The notes under the pieces were generated by a model that saw only the letters and a program-made list of their open reading frames with translations, was not told the DNA's origin and searched no databases. From NCBI RefSeq assembly GCF_009914755.1, contig NC_060940.1: 64,000 bases of DNA, one strand, 5' to 3'. Every line of letters begins with the position of its first letter. The stretch's first letter is position 1. The position numbers and the translations under genes were made by a program. The DNA is from the human T2T-CHM13v2.0 reference genome, Homo sapiens. This document shows positions 57,671-64,000 of this stretch, in pieces.

Positions 57671-58754
57671 TGACCACGCCAGGCTGCTGTGTCTCCCCCC
57701 ACATATACCCAGGCACCCCTATGGGTTCAGACACGTGAGCACGGGGCTCTAAAGTGCTGTATTCCCCTGACCATGAAACACCTGCTCACTGCCTGCTCCT
57801 TTTGTCCAGAGCTCCTCACTTCCTGGGTACCCACTCATAACTAGGCACCTCATTTACGTCACACCAGCACAATTTCTGCCCTTTGTGGGAGTCTGGTGGA
57901 GGCTACTAAAGTCTGCCACCAGCCCCTGGCCAGCTGATATGTTAATGCCCAGTGGAGGGAGGGGTGATCGGTGTCCCAGCAACCCCTCATCCAGAGGTCA
58001 ACCACACTCCACATCATGCAACACAGGACCTTCCTGAATCATCGGGGTCTCAGTCCTTGCTCCCTCCTCACCCCCACAACTGCCCGGGAGTAAGGGAAGT
58101 ACCTCAAAGGGAAGACAGGTAGAAGACGAGCAGGCTGCCCCACCCTGCCATGGCCAGAGGTTCCCGGGAGCAGAAACCCTTGAAGCCTGGTGTCCCCCGA
58201 GGCCCAAACTGGGCCAGAGAAACCCAAAACTCCAGCCAAGAGGGACAGAAACCCAGGAGGAAATGGGGCCTGTGAGGAAGCGGCAGCATGTGATTTTTAA
58301 TTTACTTTTTCTTGCCCTGAGACAAAAATTAATTTGACTTGGGAAAAAAAAAAAAGTAACTTTTTACTTGACTTTTAAAAGTAAAATTTCTGCAACTCTT
58401 TTTCCACTTAACAGAACATTTCCTCGACTTCTAAGGCATAATGTTAATATGCGCCAAAGATGGGGAATTCCCTGGGCTCAGCGCACATATCATTAAACTG
58501 ATTTTTTCCTAATTTCCTAGTAATACTGGCTGGGTTATGCTAACAGGAGAGTTAACAGCTCATTTTGCTATAGGGAAGATAATAACAGGAAATGATCTTT
58601 AATAATGAATTAAACAGACTCCTTGGTTCCTGATTCTTTTTATTAGGTAAGGTCAATGGCATCTTAAATGAGCAAATCTCTCCTAGGCCAGCAACAAGAT
58701 ACGGGGAAAATTGGCAAGCCGAATCACAGGATAAGGCATGAGTGCTGAAGATCA

Positions 58755-58915
58755 GAATGCAGATGGCAAAGGGTCTGACACAGTGCAAAGTTCATGAGCT
58801 TTGGACTCACACCTGGACACCAACCCACCCTCACTGTGAGACCTTGAGCAAGACCTCACCTCTTCAAAGCTGCCTCCTGAGCTGTTCACAGGATAATAAT
58901 TCCTACCTTGTGGAG
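58755..58915 (+). mobile_element. MIR fragment
   Basis: gagctttggactcacacctgg...tgtgagaccttgagcaag...gataataat. Confidence 0.7.
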
Positions 58916-59157
58916 CCTTGGAATCCATCACATTTGCCCCTTCAGTTTGTAGAGAATGCAGTTTATAAAACATCTGCCCATGCATATGTCAATCAGCTCT
59001 CAGAATAACCTTAAAACAGAACATCCAGACAAGATTAACCCCATTTTAGGACAAGGAAGGTCAAACATTGCCTAGGCCTGGCACTTGGCAGGAGGAACGA
59101 CTAGGACCCTAAGGCCAGTCTTCTCACTCCAGTTTATTTCATCTATATTGTCCTTGT

Positions 59158-59798
<641 letters not shown>

Positions 59799-61034
59799 TT
59801 AAATAACACAGATTTTTTAATAAAAAGTTTTTTCAGGAGACATCACTAATGTATGTATTTCTTTGTCATATACATGTTCTCTATTCCTAGCATAGATTTA
59901 TATACATTAAGTATATACAAAAATAGAAGAAGTCAATATAAACTAAATATCAACTGAAGTTCTAATGTTTTCTTGCAGGAAGAGGGAAATATGGATAAGT
60001 TGGAAGGATGGGGAGAGCCAGTTGTTGGCCATGGAAATCATGATTGCCTCATGGCTGGGAGCAGCTAGAACTGCTTTCTTTCACCAAAGAGGAAACAGAG
60101 GCGTGGAGGGGTTAGAGGTTGTCTCAAGATCATGCAGAACTCACCTCTCCCTGCCCAGTTCCCTTGCACTGTATGAAGTGGAATTGGTGTTGATGTCACA
60201 GCCTTAGGGAGCCACAGTGGGAGTTTGAGTGACGGCAGGGTGAGACACAACCTGCTTCTGAATGTTTAGCCCAGTAACTTACACAGGCATGGAGTTTCAT
60301 CCCAGCCAAAGTGCTGGCTCACGTCGTCCTAGCTAAAGCCCATGTGTGGAGGTTCCGGTTCCCAGAAGTTTCCAAAGCGGAGGATGTAATTACAATGTTT
60401 TAAAGCAAACAAACACACACCCAAGTGGGAGGACTGCATATTTATTTGACTAATTAGAGGGAATTCACTGAGAGGATGTACAATAACATCAGCCTCTCTT
60501 TTTTTTTTCTTTTTGGTAATACTAATTGACATTTTCTTTTGACATTTTATTAGTAGCTCATCTTTATTTTTATTGTGCTCTCAATAAAGTACCAAGGCAA
60601 AGCATCGTACTCTCTGGCAATAAATGAGTGTGAATCATGCATCACGTAAACAGCAGTGTCTCGGGAAGCCGGAGGGGCAGAGCGCCAGTTATCAGCCTGA
60701 TGCCGGGAGGGGAGGGGAAACCCACCCACGGGCATTTATCAGGCACAGACTGAGGCTTTCCAATTTGTTGCCTGGCTGCTGAGAGCACTGGCTGTGCTCA
60801 ACCCAGTTCCCAAAGAGGCTGCTCTCAGCACTCCTGGGCCTAAGCTGATATTGCATCCTGATGACCAAGAAAAACACACATGTCAGTAGACATCCCAGCC
60901 CCTTCTGCCGCCTCCACGCGTCTGCTGTTCATCCCAAGAAAGAGGCAAGAAACTGTTGTCTCAGTCAGGACATTTAATACATGTTTTCTGAGAATCCAAA
61001 CCTGTCCGGGCTCAGCACAACGTCGCTAAAAGAG

Positions 61035-61164
61035 CAACTTAGAGTCCCACAGATCTGGATTCAACTTCAGCTCTCTTAGCCTCCATTTTCCATTTGTAAA
61101 ATGGAAATTAAATACCTACCTCATGGAGTTGTACTGATAATTTAATTAGAAAATTACACAAAGC
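61035..61164 (+). mobile_element. MIR (resumes ~61471-61520 after the Alu)
   Basis: gatctggattcaa..cagctct..catttgtaaaatgga..atacctacctcatgg. Confidence 0.75.
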
Positions 61165-61470
61165 TGCCGGGCGTGGTGGCTAACACCTGTAATCCCAGCA
61201 TTTTGGGAGGCCAAGGTGGGCAGATCACTTGAGGTCAGGTATTCAAGACCAGCCTGGCAACATAGTTGAAAACTCATTTCTGCGAAAAAAAAAAAAAAAA
61301 AAAGAAAAGAAAAAAGAAAAATTTGCCCGACATGGTGGCACACACCTGTAATCCCAGCTACTAGGGAGGCTGACATAGGAGAATCTCTTGAACCCAGGAT
61401 TGCAGTGAGCCAAGATCACACCACTACACTCCAGCCTGAGCAACAGAGAGAGACTCCATCTCAAAAAAAG
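61165..61470 (+). mobile_element. Alu with expanded middle A-rich linker
   Basis: Linker ~61286-61321 is A18 plus gaaaa repeats; degenerate TSD gaaaattac..aaagc (61149-61164, 61471-61486). Confidence 0.95.
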
Positions 61471-61580
61471 GAAAATTACTTAAAGCACCTAACGCAATGT
61501 CTTATGCAGGCATGTGTCGCAGTAAGATTTATTGTGGAAAACACAATTAGCTCAAGGGACTTAAAACTAGGACATAGTAG

Positions 61581-62264
61581 TAAAGGAGTGTGAAGAGTTT
61601 CACCCCAAAATACTGCTCCCTGGGATAATGCGTGTTTTGTACTGAAGGTCCTTAGAAGGCCTTCAGATGCTAGAACAGACTTTTGCTAAAAGAGACAGAT
61701 GCTAGAAGAGACTTTTCCTGATCTGCATAAAGACAGGATGGACCCACGAAGGACAGCAATTGTTTTTCCTCCCCAACCTTCCTGTCTCTAAATTCTCTAC
61801 CTCTCCCACAGCACAGGCTGAAGCTCCCTTATTTGCCCAAAGAAGAAAACAATTACCTCTGATCCCTTCCCTGAAATTTCACTAACTGAACCCATATCAC
61901 AGGAAGGAAAACCAAAGACTGTCTACACACCTACTAGACAGACTTTGGTCACAAACCATTGTTTGCTCTGCGGACCCAACCGATTTTGTCGCAGGCTATT
62001 GTATGTTCTTCAAGCCCACTGAATTCTCAGAAAAATCACTTACTATCCCCCTAAAATCACCCACACTTCCCCATCTCCCTTTCCCCTAAGAAAGCAGGGT
62101 ATATAAGCATCTGTATCCCACTGATCAATCACTGGGATTCTCACTGTGTGCACAGTAGTCATAAATTTGTTTGCCTTTTCTCTTAGTAATCTGCCTTTTT
62201 GTGAGTTGATTTTTCAGCAAATCTTCTGAGGGCAAAGCCGGAAAGCCTTCCCTTTGCACCCACA
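61581..62264 (+). mobile_element. MER34/MER39-family ERV1 solo LTR
   Basis: caccccaaaata near the start, gggtatataag TATA (~62098-62108), gatttttcagcaaatcttctgagggc...cccaca end; 4-bp TSD gtag (61577-61580, 62265-62268). Confidence 0.85.
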
Positions 62265-62484
62265 GTAGATACATAATAAATGCCCCTAATAGACACCATA
62301 ATAAAAACTCTTTTTCTTCCTTAAAGGTACCCACCTTTCTTGGTGGTGGAGAGAGAGGAAGTCCGAAACACAAATCACTGCAGTATATGACTGACTCCAA
62401 CAGGTTAGGCAAGTCGGGAGCCACAGAAGGTCTTTGAGCAGCAGAGAGGGATGGCAAGAGCTGCACCACAGGCAGAGAAGCAAT

Positions 62485-63091
<607 letters not shown>

Positions 63092-63779
63092 GCCCTGGAA
63101 TGTTTGCCGGATGTATCAGAGCACGGCTGGGGGCAGCAACAACATCTGGGCCATTTCATTCCAGCCAGACTGCTGATGTCCCCTTAGCCCCACCCTGCCT
63201 CTCCCACTGCACTGCTAGTTCACTGAGTAATTAACATGCCTTGAAGCAAAAAGCCCCGGCTCCTGAATGTGCTTGACGATGCTCAGAGAGTTTTACAAAG
63301 TTGTGTCAACAGGAAACATCCAGACAGTGTTCTCAAACACCCCATGTTATCCAGAGGAGGGATCCAGCGCCAAAGTGCCTGGCTCTTAGCCCCGTGATCT
63401 CGTGGCCACAGCTCCGTCCCAGCAGCAGCTATTTCACAAGGTAAATTAAAAAGCAACCAGCATTTTCCTCTCCAACTGGCACCAAATGGTTTGTTTTTCT
63501 GTAACTATTTCCCTGGTGGAGAGCTCCCTAAAGCCTGCAGGATCTATCCCAACGGACTGCATGCCTGATGCTTCCAGGGATGGAGAATGCACAAAGCAGA
63601 TATTGTTCCCCTGCACTTGGCTTTGGTCTGCATGCCCCAGGCTCAGACTTGAAATTCAAACCAACAATGCCGCTGACCTTCTGGGTGGGGACCTTGAAAC
63701 TATGCCTCTCCTTTTCTCTGTCAGCAAAATGGCAATGCTGGGTTGCACGGTCTGGAATATTCTGGGAGAAGGCATGCTA

Positions 63780-64000
63780 CCAGGGCAGTTAAGTGGATGT
63801 GTTCTGCAGTCAGAAGGGCCAGGGTTCAAGTCCCGGTTCTGCCACCAACAGGCCAGGCGGCCTGGGGCAAATTACTTTGCCTGTGTGAGCCTGTTTTCTC
63901 ATTTGTAAAATGGGAATGCAGAGAGGGATGATCTCATGGATTGCTGGGTGGTAGGATTAGATAATGGGGGAAAGATATGTAGTGAGATATTTGGCACCTA
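63780..64000 (+). mobile_element. MIR
   Basis: gggttcaagtcccggttctgccac...ggggcaaattactt...tttctcatttgtaaaatggga. Confidence 0.85.

Overview
Primate (most likely human) non-coding genomic DNA. No protein-coding gene, tRNA/rRNA gene, CpG island or CRISPR array can be supported. Every ORF I can interpret comes from a repeat (Alu, L1 ORF1/ORF2, ERVL gag/pol) or from low-complexity sequence. Roughly half the window is interspersed repeat: about 26 Alu copies (J/S type, many with visible TSDs), many MIR and L2 fragments, old L1M pieces, ERVL internal fragments, solo LTRs (MER4, MER34/39, THE1, MST, MLT1, ERVL) and DNA transposons (MER30, MER33, MER47, MER5, MER45, MER81, MER94, a hAT-Tip100 transposase relic). 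Between them lie several repeat-free, TAAT/FOX/TALE-motif-rich islands that resemble developmental enhancers. Two structures are not explained by repeat annotation: (1) a ~245-bp copy of nearby DNA (Alu part plus its unique flank, donor 36426-36672) inserted at 33559-33803 between direct repeats; (2) an ancient ~75%-identical direct repeat (40935-41071 / 42895-43031, offset 1960 bp) that predates an AluJ and brackets one enhancer-like island. Subfamily names come from remembered consensus sequences and need RepeatMasker/Dfam confirmation; boundaries of old repeats are approximate. I cannot identify the locus and find no convincing new coding system.
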